Positions 7,541 to 15,439 of a stretch of DNA of 37,594 bases are shown piece after piece. This stretch comes from a virus: UHGV virus genome UHGV-0218009, one strand, 5' to 3'. Made by a program: the position numbers and the translations under genes. The notes beneath the pieces are model-generated. The model did not search any database, was not told where the DNA came from, and worked only from the letters and a program-made list of their open reading frames with translations. Positions within the stretch are counted from its first letter, which is position 1. Every line of letters starts with the position of its first letter.

Positions 7541-8463
7541 TGACAAACGAATTAACAACAGATTTGCAATTTAATGTTGATTTTAAAGCTAGTGAAATCA
7601 CTATTCAAAATGAAACACAATTGGCTGAAATGGTCGATAGCGCCGTTAGTCACTATTCAACAATGATTTTTACTGATGAAAACATTCCAGAAGCAAAAAA
7701 AGCAAGAGCAGACTTAAACAAAGTTGCGACGTTGCTAGATGATCAACGTAAAGCGGTTAAAAATCAATATAATAAGCCGTTAAAAGATTTTGAGAAAAAA
7801 ATAAAAAAATATATGAGCCAAATTGAAGATGTTAGCGATGAAATCAATAAAAATATTCAAGCATATGAAGAAGCGGAACGTCAGAAGCGATTAGAAAAAA
7901 TTCAAACAGTAATCGATGAAATGTCTGAAAACTATAATGTATCAATGGAGGAAATTGAAATTTCCAATTCATGGCTTAACAAGACTTCTTTTACAGCTAA
8001 AGGAGAGCCAACTAAAAAAATTATTGAAGAAATTGCATCTGTGATGACAACATTAGCCAATGAAAAAGAACGTATTGAGAACGATAAAAAAATAATTGAA
8101 AACTATACTAAAGCGGTTGGTTTAGAACCATATTCTTGGGTTGGTTTGATTGATAGCGGGCGTACAGCATCAGAATTGATAAAGGAAATTGATTCAGCCT
8201 TTGCTTTAAAAAAAGAACAAGAAGAACGAGAAAAAGCAAAAAAAGAGCACGACGATGCTATTGCTGCCTTGAAAACTGAAACAATCAACAATAAAACAGT
8301 TGACACTGAAACAGGCGAAATCATCACAGAAGAAGTACCAAAAACCAGCAGAAAACAACAAGAGAAAACAGTTACGTTAAGACTAACAGCAGAGCATCAA
8401 AAGTTAGTTGCGTTAAACAATTTTATTATTAATAACGGCATTCAAGTGGAAGTGGTTGAATGA
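7540..8463 (+). CDS. DUF1351-like coiled-coil phage protein (ERF partner)
   Basis: Long charged coiled-coil. taATGa coupling to erf. Confidence 0.5.
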   Translation: MTNELTTDLQFNVDFKASEITIQNETQLAEMVDSAVSHYSTMIFTDENIPEAKKARADLNKVATLLDDQRKAVKNQYNKPLKDFEKKIKKYMSQIEDVSDEINKNIQAYEEAERQKRLEKIQTVIDEMSENYNVSMEEIEISNSWLNKTSFTAKGEPTKKIIEEIASVMTTLANEKERIENDKKIIENYTKAVGLEPYSWVGLIDSGRTASELIKEIDSAFALKKEQEEREKAKKEHDDAIAALKTETINNKTVDTETGEIITEEVPKTSRKQQEKTVTLRLTAEHQKLVALNNFIINNGIQVEVVE

Positions 8464-9140
8464 ACCTAAACAACGTTTATTCCGCAGTTATTAAATCTTT
8501 AAAAGGTCAAAGGATAACTGCGGACATAAACGAAGTAATTAACATTGAACGGCTTAAAACAATGTACTACGGATATGACGGACCAAGGGAAGTTGAAATT
8601 CGTTTTATCGATCCAAGGCAATTTACTGCAGCACAACGAAACTTTATATATGCGTTGTTAGGAGATATTAGCAGAGAAACAGGGGATAAAACCTCTTTGT
8701 TGAAGGATATGTTCTATTCACACTTTGAAGAGCTTAGAGGTTATCCTATGAGCTTAAAAAAGGAATCAAAAAACACGGTAGACGATGCAACAATTTTAGC
8801 AAATATAATTCTTGATTATATTTTTGAAAATAGCATTCCCTTTAAAAAAGGTTATGATATTTTGCCAGGAAACCAAGAATATTATTTTTATAAATGTATT
8901 ACTAAGCGTGTTTGCTGCATTTGTGGAAAAACTAGCGCAGAGATTGATCATTTTGATAAAGCGTTAGGACGAAGAAGCAGAAGGAAAGTTGACCATACAG
9001 AATATACATTTGCATCTTTATGTCATTGCCATCATAAAGAAAAACACGATATAGGAATAAAAGCATTTAAAGCTAAATATCATGTTAAAGGAATTAAATT
9101 AAACCAAGAGACAATAAAGAAATTAAACATTGGAGGGTAA
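8460..9140 (+). CDS. Hypothetical protein with a C-terminal Cys/His HNH-like metal-binding motif
   Basis: CCICGK...H...HCHHKEKH in the last 70 aa. N-terminal domain unknown. Confidence 0.5.
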   Translation: MNLNNVYSAVIKSLKGQRITADINEVINIERLKTMYYGYDGPREVEIRFIDPRQFTAAQRNFIYALLGDISRETGDKTSLLKDMFYSHFEELRGYPMSLKKESKNTVDDATILANIILDYIFENSIPFKKGYDILPGNQEYYFYKCITKRVCCICGKTSAEIDHFDKALGRRSRRKVDHTEYTFASLCHCHHKEKHDIGIKAFKAKYHVKGIKLNQETIKKLNIGG

Positions 9141-9143
9141 CAA

Positions 9144-9950
9144 ATGGAAAGAGCGTTTAAAGGTATTTGGATTCCTAAAAATGTTTGGCTAGATAAAGAA
9201 CTGAGTTGGACTGAAAAATTTCTAATCGTTGAAATAGATAGTCTTGATAATGACGATGGATGTTTCGCTAGCAATGAGTATTTTTCAAATTTTTTCGGTC
9301 TAAGTAAAGACAGGGTTTCTAAACTTATATCTGGATTAAAAGAAAAGGGATACATTGATGTCAGTTATCAATATAAACCAGGTACAAAATCTATAGAAAG
9401 ACGTGTAGTTAAAATTACCGAGGGATATAGGCGAAAACAACTAGAGGGTATAGGTGAAAATAACTATAGGGGTATAGGCGAAAACGCCAAAGATAATAAT
9501 ACATTAATTAATAATACAAAGAATAATACAAAGAATATATATAGCGTTGAACAAAGTTCAACCATGTCTGAATTATTTGAAAAAGTTTGGAAAACATATC
9601 CGAAGAAAACCAATAAGAAAAAAGCCAAAGAGCAATTCTTAAAGAAAATTAAGTCAGATGAAGACTTCGAACGGTTTAAAACAGGATACAAAGATTATCT
9701 TAAGTATATCAAATTAAACGACTGGTATCATCCACAAGAATTGTTCCGCTGGATACGTGATGAACGTTTTAACGATGAATACGACTTGTCTGAAACGACA
9801 ACGCAAGCAAGATATACGAATCCTCCAGTTAGACAAGAGCAATTACCAGATTGGGTAAATGAACCAAAACAAGAAGAGGAAAAACTATCACCAGAAAAGC
9901 AAGCTGAACTTGATAGGCAAATAAAAGAATTTTTGGAGGGCAAGTCATGA
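9144..9950 (+). CDS. Phage replisome organizer / replication initiator (DnaD-like N-terminal domain)
   Basis: WxxKEL..TEKFLIVEIDSL..DGCFASNEYFSNFFGLSKDRVSKLISGLKEKGYI matches Phage_rep_org_N. Carries internal iterons. Confidence 0.75.
   Translation: MERAFKGIWIPKNVWLDKELSWTEKFLIVEIDSLDNDDGCFASNEYFSNFFGLSKDRVSKLISGLKEKGYIDVSYQYKPGTKSIERRVVKITEGYRRKQLEGIGENNYRGIGENAKDNNTLINNTKNNTKNIYSVEQSSTMSELFEKVWKTYPKKTNKKKAKEQFLKKIKSDEDFERFKTGYKDYLKYIKLNDWYHPQELFRWIRDERFNDEYDLSETTTQARYTNPPVRQEQLPDWVNEPKQEEEKLSPEKQAELDRQIKEFLEGKS
9423..9485 (+). repeat. Three iterons GG(G/A)TATAGG(C/T)GAAAA(C/T) at 23-24 bp phasing inside the rep gene; putative origin of replication
   Basis: Copies at 9423, 9446 and 9470, followed by the AT-rich stretch 9488..9545 with a 9-bp direct repeat aataatacaaag x2. 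Confidence 0.65.
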
Positions 9951-10249
9951 TTGAAATGAGAGTACTTGATTATCGAATTACTAGTGATGATAAGCAAGTA
10001 ATCGTAAATAAAGCGAGACGAAACGAACACGGAGAGTTAACCATTTTGACTGATAAAGACGGTACACAAAAAGAATCACTCGCTTTGATTGGTTATTATG
10101 GCAATTTAAGTAAGGCTCTCGTCGCAATAGAACGCGATTATGTGCTTTCTAGTGGTAAAACAATACAAACAGTCAAAGAATACAAAAAAGAGCTAGAATC
10201 AATTCACAGCAAGCTAAAACGTGAATTAGATTTCGGGGAGGAATTTTAG
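9947..10249 (+). CDS. Hypothetical protein (100 aa)
   Basis: RBS GGAGGG. Couples to the rep gene stop. Confidence 0.55.
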   Translation: MIEMRVLDYRITSDDKQVIVNKARRNEHGELTILTDKDGTQKESLALIGYYGNLSKALVAIERDYVLSSGKTIQTVKEYKKELESIHSKLKRELDFGEEF

Positions 10250-10549
10250 ATGAATGAATTAGTTAAATTAGTGGAAGAATGGGCGAAAGAAAAGCGTTTA
10301 GATAAAGCGGAACCTGAAAAGCAAATGCTAAAAGTGATTGAGGAAGTCGGAGAAGTTGGGGCTGCATTGGCAAGAAACAACGAAAACGACCTAAGAGATG
10401 GTATCGGGGACGTGGTTGTGACGTTAATTATTCTTGCTATGCAAAATAACATGGATTTATACGAATGCTTAAATCAAGCATATAGCGAAATCAAAAATCG
10501 CCAAGGGAAAATGGTAAACGGAGTATTCGTCAAAGAAGCCGATTTGTAA
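10250..10549 (+). CDS. MazG-like nucleotide pyrophosphohydrolase
   Basis: EExGExxxA core (VIEEVGEVGAALAR) plus a second acidic helix. Confidence 0.6.
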   Translation: MNELVKLVEEWAKEKRLDKAEPEKQMLKVIEEVGEVGAALARNNENDLRDGIGDVVVTLIILAMQNNMDLYECLNQAYSEIKNRQGKMVNGVFVKEADL

Positions 10550-10566
10550 GGTTCGAGGTGGAAGAG

Positions 10567-10992
10567 ATGCGAATTATTCTACCGATTGAACCTAAGCCAC
10601 AAAGTCGTCCAAGATTCGCAAGACGTGGAAATTATGTTCAAACCTACGAAGATCGAGCGATGAAAGAATACAAAAATCAAGTAAAAAATTATCTTCGTAA
10701 ATCAAGAGCAAAGTTGATTGAAAAAGGGCCAATTTCCGCACACGTGACGTTTTACATCCATCCGCCTAAATCAGCTCTAAGCAATAAACAGAAACGCTTA
10801 GAAGTGGAATTAGAGCGGAAATATTGCGACAAAAAGCCCGATTTGGACAACTATTTTAAAGCAGTGACAGATGCTGCCGAAGGTATTTTATATAAAAACG
10901 ATGGTCAAATTGCTGTGATGGTTTGCCAAAAGTTGTACAGTATGCGACCACGAACAGAAATTGAAATTATGAGTTTGGAGGAACAAAAATAG
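10567..10992 (+). CDS. rusA: RusA-family Holliday junction resolvase
   Basis: N-terminal ...PIEPKPQSRPRF... and the size fit RusA. ATG at 10567 has RBS GAGGTGG (the track's 10558 GTG is an alternative). Confidence 0.6.
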   Translation: MRIILPIEPKPQSRPRFARRGNYVQTYEDRAMKEYKNQVKNYLRKSRAKLIEKGPISAHVTFYIHPPKSALSNKQKRLEVELERKYCDKKPDLDNYFKAVTDAAEGILYKNDGQIAVMVCQKLYSMRPRTEIEIMSLEEQK

Positions 10993-11177
10993 TGGGTAAA
11001 AAAGGAAAACGGATCAAAAAGCAAAATCGAAAACGAAAAAACGCTGCTATTGCAAATGGCACATACAATTGGCACGAAGAAAAGTGTTTGGAGTGTAAAG
11101 GAAAAACTTTGATTAAAGTAGAAGATGAATACGGTCATGCAAAAGAAATTCCTTGTCCTGTGTGTAATAAGAATTGA
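10992..11177 (+). CDS. Small zinc-ribbon protein (CxxC...CPxC)
   Basis: GTG start with GGAGGA RBS. CLECKGK...CPVCNKN. Confidence 0.5.
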   Translation: MGKKGKRIKKQNRKRKNAAIANGTYNWHEEKCLECKGKTLIKVEDEYGHAKEIPCPVCNKN

Positions 11178-11187
11178 GGTAGAAAAT

Positions 11188-11328
11188 ATGACATGTCCAA
11201 AATGCAAGGGACAGATGATTATCTGGGAAAAAGATAGATTCGGTCATTCAAAAGCAACTTCTTGTCCGTTATGCAATAAAAGTGGGCAAAGTGTTGCGAA
11301 AAAGTTAGCTGAAATAAAGAAGAAGTAA
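11188..11328 (+). CDS. Small zinc-ribbon protein, paralog of the preceding ORF
   Basis: MTCPKCKGQ...FGHSKATSCPLCNKS. Same C-x2-C-x16-CPxCNK spacing as the 10992..11177 protein. RBS GAGGTAG. Confidence 0.5.
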   Translation: MTCPKCKGQMIIWEKDRFGHSKATSCPLCNKSGQSVAKKLAEIKKK

Positions 11329-11380
11329 ACGAAAGGAGTGGAGGTTTGGTCGACCATAAAGAATTCTTTACTCCTTTGAA

Positions 11381-12139
11381 ATGATGAATAGTTACCAAAA
11401 GAAAATGGTTAAAGTCATGAAAGACCTTTGCGGAAAAAGAAGTATGTACGATGTGTTTTTCGATTTTACTAAAATGTCAGCATGCAGTATTTCTAATGTT
11501 TTTGACAAAGTACATTTTGAAGAAAGAGAAAAATTGTATAAGTCTATTCAAGAGAAATACACCGAAGAAGAACAAGAAAAGTTCCATGAATTATTCGCTT
11601 TGCTAGTTGAAGCTTTAGAAGAGACCTCAACTGATATACTAGGCGAATTGTATATGGCTTTGGAAATTGCTAATAAAGATGCAGGGCAATTCTTCACACC
11701 ATACAATGTAGCTCGTTTAATGGCAGAAATGAATTTTAACGAAAAGGATGAACAATTGAAAAATGGACAGCCAGTTGTTTTTTATGATCCTTGCATTGGT
11801 GGCGGTGTTACTCTAATTGCTTTAGCTAATATTATGCGAGAAAAAGGCTATAACTATCAAAGAAGTTTGAGAGCGTTGTGTGGTGACATCGACGGAAATG
11901 TACTTTCAATGGCATATGTACAGTGTTCTTTGTTAGGAATAGATGCGATATTTGAAAGAAAAAATGCGCTAAGTAATGAACCTGCAACAGATGTATGGTT
12001 TACACCGTTTTACGCTTTGAATAGAGCAAAAGAAAAAGAAACGCAAAACACATTAGAAATACTAAAAGAAGTAATGGAACTTCTGGAAAATAAAACAAGC
12101 AGTTCATTTACTGAACCAGAACAGCTGTCATTATTTTAG
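11381..12139 (+). CDS. HsdM/gamma-class N6-adenine methyltransferase-like protein with the catalytic motif IV degenerated (NPPF to SNEP)
   Basis: Motif X FFTPYNVARLMAEM, motif I VFYDPCIGGGVTLIAL, and the LCGDIDGNVLSMAYVQCSLLGIDA helix are all retained. SNEP sits where NPP[FY] is expected. Confidence 0.6.
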   Translation: MMNSYQKKMVKVMKDLCGKRSMYDVFFDFTKMSACSISNVFDKVHFEEREKLYKSIQEKYTEEEQEKFHELFALLVEALEETSTDILGELYMALEIANKDAGQFFTPYNVARLMAEMNFNEKDEQLKNGQPVVFYDPCIGGGVTLIALANIMREKGYNYQRSLRALCGDIDGNVLSMAYVQCSLLGIDAIFERKNALSNEPATDVWFTPFYALNRAKEKETQNTLEILKEVMELLENKTSSSFTEPEQLSLF

Positions 12140-12155
12140 AAAGTAAGTGAAGAAG

Positions 12156-12296
12156 ATGATTCCAAAATTTTTTAAAGCATTAAGAATCGTCATAAGACGT
12201 GCTGTTGTGTTGTTTCAGTATATTACTAGCGAAAAAAACAAACAGCTGTCAATAAAAGAACGTTGTATTTGCTATTGGAGGGAACAGAATGAGTAA
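12156..12296 (+). CDS. Possible small basic ORF (46 aa), unannotated
   Basis: Open frame with a weak RBS. Overlaps the next start by 8 nt. Confidence 0.2.
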   Translation: MIPKFFKALRIVIRRAVVLFQYITSEKNKQLSIKERCICYWREQNE

Positions 12297-12639
12297 ACAA
12301 GAACTAGTAGATAAAAACGAAGTATTAAGTATTTGGCATAATTATTGGGAATCAGATAAATTGGCTTATGAAGCAGAGGACGAGTTAAGAGAGCTAAAAA
12401 CGATAATATGTATTACAGAACTCAACGAAAATCAGCAGATCGTGCTGGATTGGTTGAAAGAATCATGCAAATTACACGGATTACGTGAAGTTATCGAAAT
12501 CATGGGATTTTTATCAACTACTGGTGGAAAAATGAAGTATAAGCAAGTAGCTTATGCATATGGTGATTTAAATGATGATGAATTAGCTCAAGTATTACAG
12601 TCATTTAGCCAGTGGGTTTGGGAACAGGAGGAAAAATAA
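12289..12639 (+). CDS. Hypothetical protein (116 aa)
   Basis: RBS GGAGGG. Confidence 0.6.
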   Translation: MSKQELVDKNEVLSIWHNYWESDKLAYEAEDELRELKTIICITELNENQQIVLDWLKESCKLHGLREVIEIMGFLSTTGGKMKYKQVAYAYGDLNDDELAQVLQSFSQWVWEQEEK

Positions 12640-12918
12640 ATGAAATTTTACGAAATTAAAGAACCTTATTTTGCATTAATCGCTGCTAAAGATGAAAAAC
12701 AATGTATAAAACTTTACAAGGATATTGTTTGCGACGTAGAGGACGAAAAAGAGTTTTTCGAGGAAATCAAAACAATTGATAAATACGAAGCGTTCAAAAT
12801 GCTTGCTAAAAGTCATACAGAAGAGGGTGACAAGACTGGCGCAGAAGAAGCTTTCAATCAGTTAGAAAATCTTGAAGAAAAAGGCGAAGTATTATTGATT
12901 GACGGCGGTTTGATTTAG
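12640..12918 (+). CDS. Hypothetical protein (92 aa)
   Basis: RBS AGGAGG. taaATG coupling. Confidence 0.6.
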   Translation: MKFYEIKEPYFALIAAKDEKQCIKLYKDIVCDVEDEKEFFEEIKTIDKYEAFKMLAKSHTEEGDKTGAEEAFNQLENLEEKGEVLLIDGGLI

Positions 12919-12929
12919 GAGGAATCGGA

Positions 12930-13142
12930 ATGAGTATGAGCATTCAATCAGGAGACAAAGTAAAGTATATCGGTAAAGGAGTTCCGCAATACACAAACCA
13001 ATTTTTGGTAGTAAAAACAGTATTAGTGAATGGGCTGATTCTTGAATTTCCTGAAGAAGATAAAAGAGAGGTTGTACTGGAAGATTGTGGAATTTGGAAG
13101 GAAGAATCGTTAATCTGTGGATTTGATGAAGTGGAGGAATAG
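12930..13142 (+). CDS. Hypothetical protein (70 aa)
   Basis: RBS AGGAGG. Confidence 0.55.
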   Translation: MSMSIQSGDKVKYIGKGVPQYTNQFLVVKTVLVNGLILEFPEEDKREVVLEDCGIWKEESLICGFDEVEE

Positions 13143-13144
13143 CG

Positions 13145-13681
13145 ATGAATAAACAAGAATTGATTGAAGAGTTAGAATGCTTAGAAGTTCCTACAGATAG
13201 CCTTGATTATTTGAAAGGTGCTAACTATGCTGTCGAAAAAGCAATTAGCTTAGCAAAACAACTAGATGAACCGAAAAAAGCTATATTACCTAAAACTGCT
13301 GATGATTTTATTGAAGAAAGTTTAGGAATGGGTTCTGATAAAGTTGATATTATCGGTTCCGCAGATTCTTTTTCACAAGAAATACCAGATGATGAATTTT
13401 CTTTGTGGTTTAAGTCGAATAGAGATTTATTCGTTGATGCATTAGCTAACGGATACGAAGTCAAGAAAGAGCCGCTTTATTATGTGGAGTTGCCCGATCT
13501 TAGAAGTTCGTCAAGCGACAATGTTTATGGATTAAGAAAAACATTGAATGGTGAAATAAGAATTGCTGTTTTTGATAAACAAAAGGTTGGTAAAACAAAA
13601 GAGTCACAACTCACAGAAAATCAAATCAAAGCAGTTGACGAGCGCTATTGGCCGTTTGCTGTGAAGTTGGAGGAAGAATAG
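13145..13681 (+). CDS. Hypothetical protein (178 aa)
   Basis: RBS GGAGG. Confidence 0.6.
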   Translation: MNKQELIEELECLEVPTDSLDYLKGANYAVEKAISLAKQLDEPKKAILPKTADDFIEESLGMGSDKVDIIGSADSFSQEIPDDEFSLWFKSNRDLFVDALANGYEVKKEPLYYVELPDLRSSSSDNVYGLRKTLNGEIRIAVFDKQKVGKTKESQLTENQIKAVDERYWPFAVKLEEE

Positions 13682-13831
13682 ATGAAAGATAAGAAATTTT
13701 CACCTCTAACAATTGTTTGTGTGATTATAGGCATATGCTGGATTGTCTCAATTGTGGGAATCGGATATTTTATTTCACATCCAGAAATAATTGGACACTG
13801 GTTTAGTCGTTTAATAAGTGGGTTCAAATAG
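13682..13831 (+). CDS. Small membrane protein (49 aa), not in the ORF track
   Basis: RBS GGAGGAAG. tagATG coupling. TM helix LTIVCVIIGICWIVSIVGIGYFI. Confidence 0.5.
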   Translation: MKDKKFSPLTIVCVIIGICWIVSIVGIGYFISHPEIIGHWFSRLISGFK

Positions 13832-13876
13832 TTTTGAAACCAATGTATTTTAGTTTTTACAATCGATAGTATAAAA

Positions 13877-13902
13877 AACTACCTAGTTTCCGCTAGGTAG
13901 TT
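13877..13902. terminator. 10-bp stem-loop (aactacctag/ctaggtagtt) preceded by an A6 tract
   Basis: Perfect inverted repeat. Contains the recurrent CTAGGTAG motif. Confidence 0.4.
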
Positions 13903-14133
13903 CTGTAAGAAATAATATTAAGTTTATTTTTTATAGTATTTTTATACCAAACCCATTATAAAAAATCAAGTACAAAAAAGCCAACCGACCACTGGTTGAC
14001 TAAGAAGAATATTTTACCAGAAAAGTGGTAGCTTGTGATATGTGAGGTTACTTTGCCCCAAACATTGGTCACAATAAAAATATTTTATCATGAGTAAAGA
14101 AAGCTGCCAACAAAAAAGCCAGATTGCTCTGGC

Positions 14134-14165
14134 TGTGGATAATGTGTGGATAACTTTGTGGAAAA
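14134..14165 (+). promoter_or_regulatory. Three tandem DnaA-box-like repeats TGTGGATAA / TGTGGATAA / TGTGGAAAA (reverse complement of TTATCCACA) at 11-12 bp phasing, upstream of arpU
   Basis: Two copies exactly match the consensus DnaA box. They lie 40-70 bp upstream of the arpU start. Confidence 0.5.
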
Positions 14166-14201
14166 GTCGTTATTATTATACCACAAAAGGAGCGATTTCA
14201 C

Positions 14202-14618
14202 TTGATTAAATTGCTAAAAGAAGTAGATTTTCGACAAACAAAAGCGAATGCCAGAAATGTGTTGAAGAATTTTAGACGTTTAGAGCGAATGGCTGGTCGC
14301 TCTTTGATAGATTTAAAATCACCAATTATTACAGATATGCCTAAAAGCCAAAGCCACGGAAACAAAACAGAAGATGCACTGGTACAATTAGCTGATGCAG
14401 AAGCAGAAAGAGACGCAATTTTATCTGCGCTTATGGCATTAAGCCTAACTAGCAGACAAATTTTGCATTATAGTTTCTGTGTGCAGGACCATTACTCTAA
14501 TTACAAGATAGCTAGGGAAGTTGGATATTCCGAAAGAAGTATTCAACGCATGAAATCAGAAGCTTTGATTGAATTTGCTGAAGCTTATCGAAATGGAAAA
14601 ATAATTGCCTATAAATAA
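14202..14618 (+). CDS. arpU: ArpU-family phage late transcriptional regulator (sigma-70 region-4-like)
   Basis: TTG start with AAGGAG RBS. Size and sequence pattern fit the ArpU family. Position upstream of the packaging module. Confidence 0.7.
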   Translation: MIKLLKEVDFRQTKANARNVLKNFRRLERMAGRSLIDLKSPIITDMPKSQSHGNKTEDALVQLADAEAERDAILSALMALSLTSRQILHYSFCVQDHYSNYKIAREVGYSERSIQRMKSEALIEFAEAYRNGKIIAYK

Positions 14619-14622
14619 AATT

Positions 14623-14651
14623 TTGGCGGTTTTTTGGCGGAAAGTTGGCGG
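14623..14651 (+). promoter_or_regulatory. Three direct TTGGCGG repeats at exact 11-bp phasing immediately after the arpU stop, followed by a -10-like TATTATGGT
   Basis: Copies at 14623..14629, 14634..14640 and 14645..14651. These are the only occurrences of the motif noticed in the window. Confidence 0.45.
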
Positions 14652-15002
14652 TTTTTATCAATATTTAGGTGTTATTATGGTAGTGTCGAAAGATAAGGAG
14701 ACGAGGGTAAGGCATGCATTACCTATCTTAGCTCCGTTTCGCTTATTTTTTGAGGCTACCTATAAAAAATAAAGAATAAGGATGTGGAAAATCCAGTTCT
14801 TTCTGTCTCGTTTAGTCTAGGTAGCAAATATTGCATATTGCAATAAACTTGGCATTAAGCTTACACGTAGACGTACGCCGAAAGCACTTGTCAAGATAGC
14901 GCTATGTAGTTTGCAATGATCACTCACAAATCAGACGTTCTCAAACTAAAAGAAATGGGGTGTAATTCCTCTCTCTTTTTTCTACAGGTTTGTGAGTGTT
15001 AA

Positions 15003-15074
15003 TGGGATATAGCTTAACTGGTAGAGCAGCGGTCTCCAAAACCGTCGGTATAGGTTCGAGTCCTATTGTTCCGG
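15003..15074 (+). tRNA. tRNA-Trp (anticodon CCA)
   Basis: Canonical D-arm GCTT-AACTGGTA-GAGC. Anticodon stem GCGGT/ACCGT with loop CTCCAAA. T-arm ATAGG-TTCGAGT-CCTAT. The acceptor TGGGATA/TGTTCCG has three G-U pairs. No encoded CCA. Confidence 0.55.
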
Positions 15075-15245
15075 TAGGTAGCATAGCTACTTAAATAAAA
15101 GAATCGTCAATAAATGTTTCTTACTTTAACGATCGGTTCACCTCCTTTCAGAATTAGCCAGCCTGCGGAAACAGGATAAAGTGGCTAGCAACCTAGTATT
15201 GTTAAATAAGTGTTAGATTGGCTAGGCAGTCTAATACAAATCTTT

Positions 15246-15277
15246 AGACTACTCAATAAAAATGAGTGGTCTTTTTT
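15246..15277 (+). terminator. Rho-independent terminator (gactactca...tgagtggtc + T7)
   Basis: Hairpin plus ttttttt, 170 nt downstream of the tRNA. Confidence 0.6.
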
Positions 15278-15439
15278 TGTACATAAAAAAGCCACTAGAC
15301 TATGGGATCTAGTAGCTAGGTAGCATTCGTGCACAATTTTTGTTGATTGCTATTTACAAAAAGGAGTTGCTACCCATAAATAGTATAGCAAGAAGTGATT
15401 TATTGAATCAAGTACATAAAACAACTAGGAGAGAAAAAT

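Noticed and set aside
14090-14209. 39-aa ORF (MSKESCQQ...) overlapping the DnaA-box cluster and the arpU start
   Set aside because: It has no RBS and overlaps the regulatory repeats and the arpU initiation region. It is more likely non-coding.
15004-15075. Alternative tRNA fold with acceptor 5' GGGATAT
   Set aside because: That 5' strand cannot pair with the 3' strand TGTTCCG. Only the TGGGATA register gives a 7-bp (G-U containing) acceptor stem with U8 and A9.
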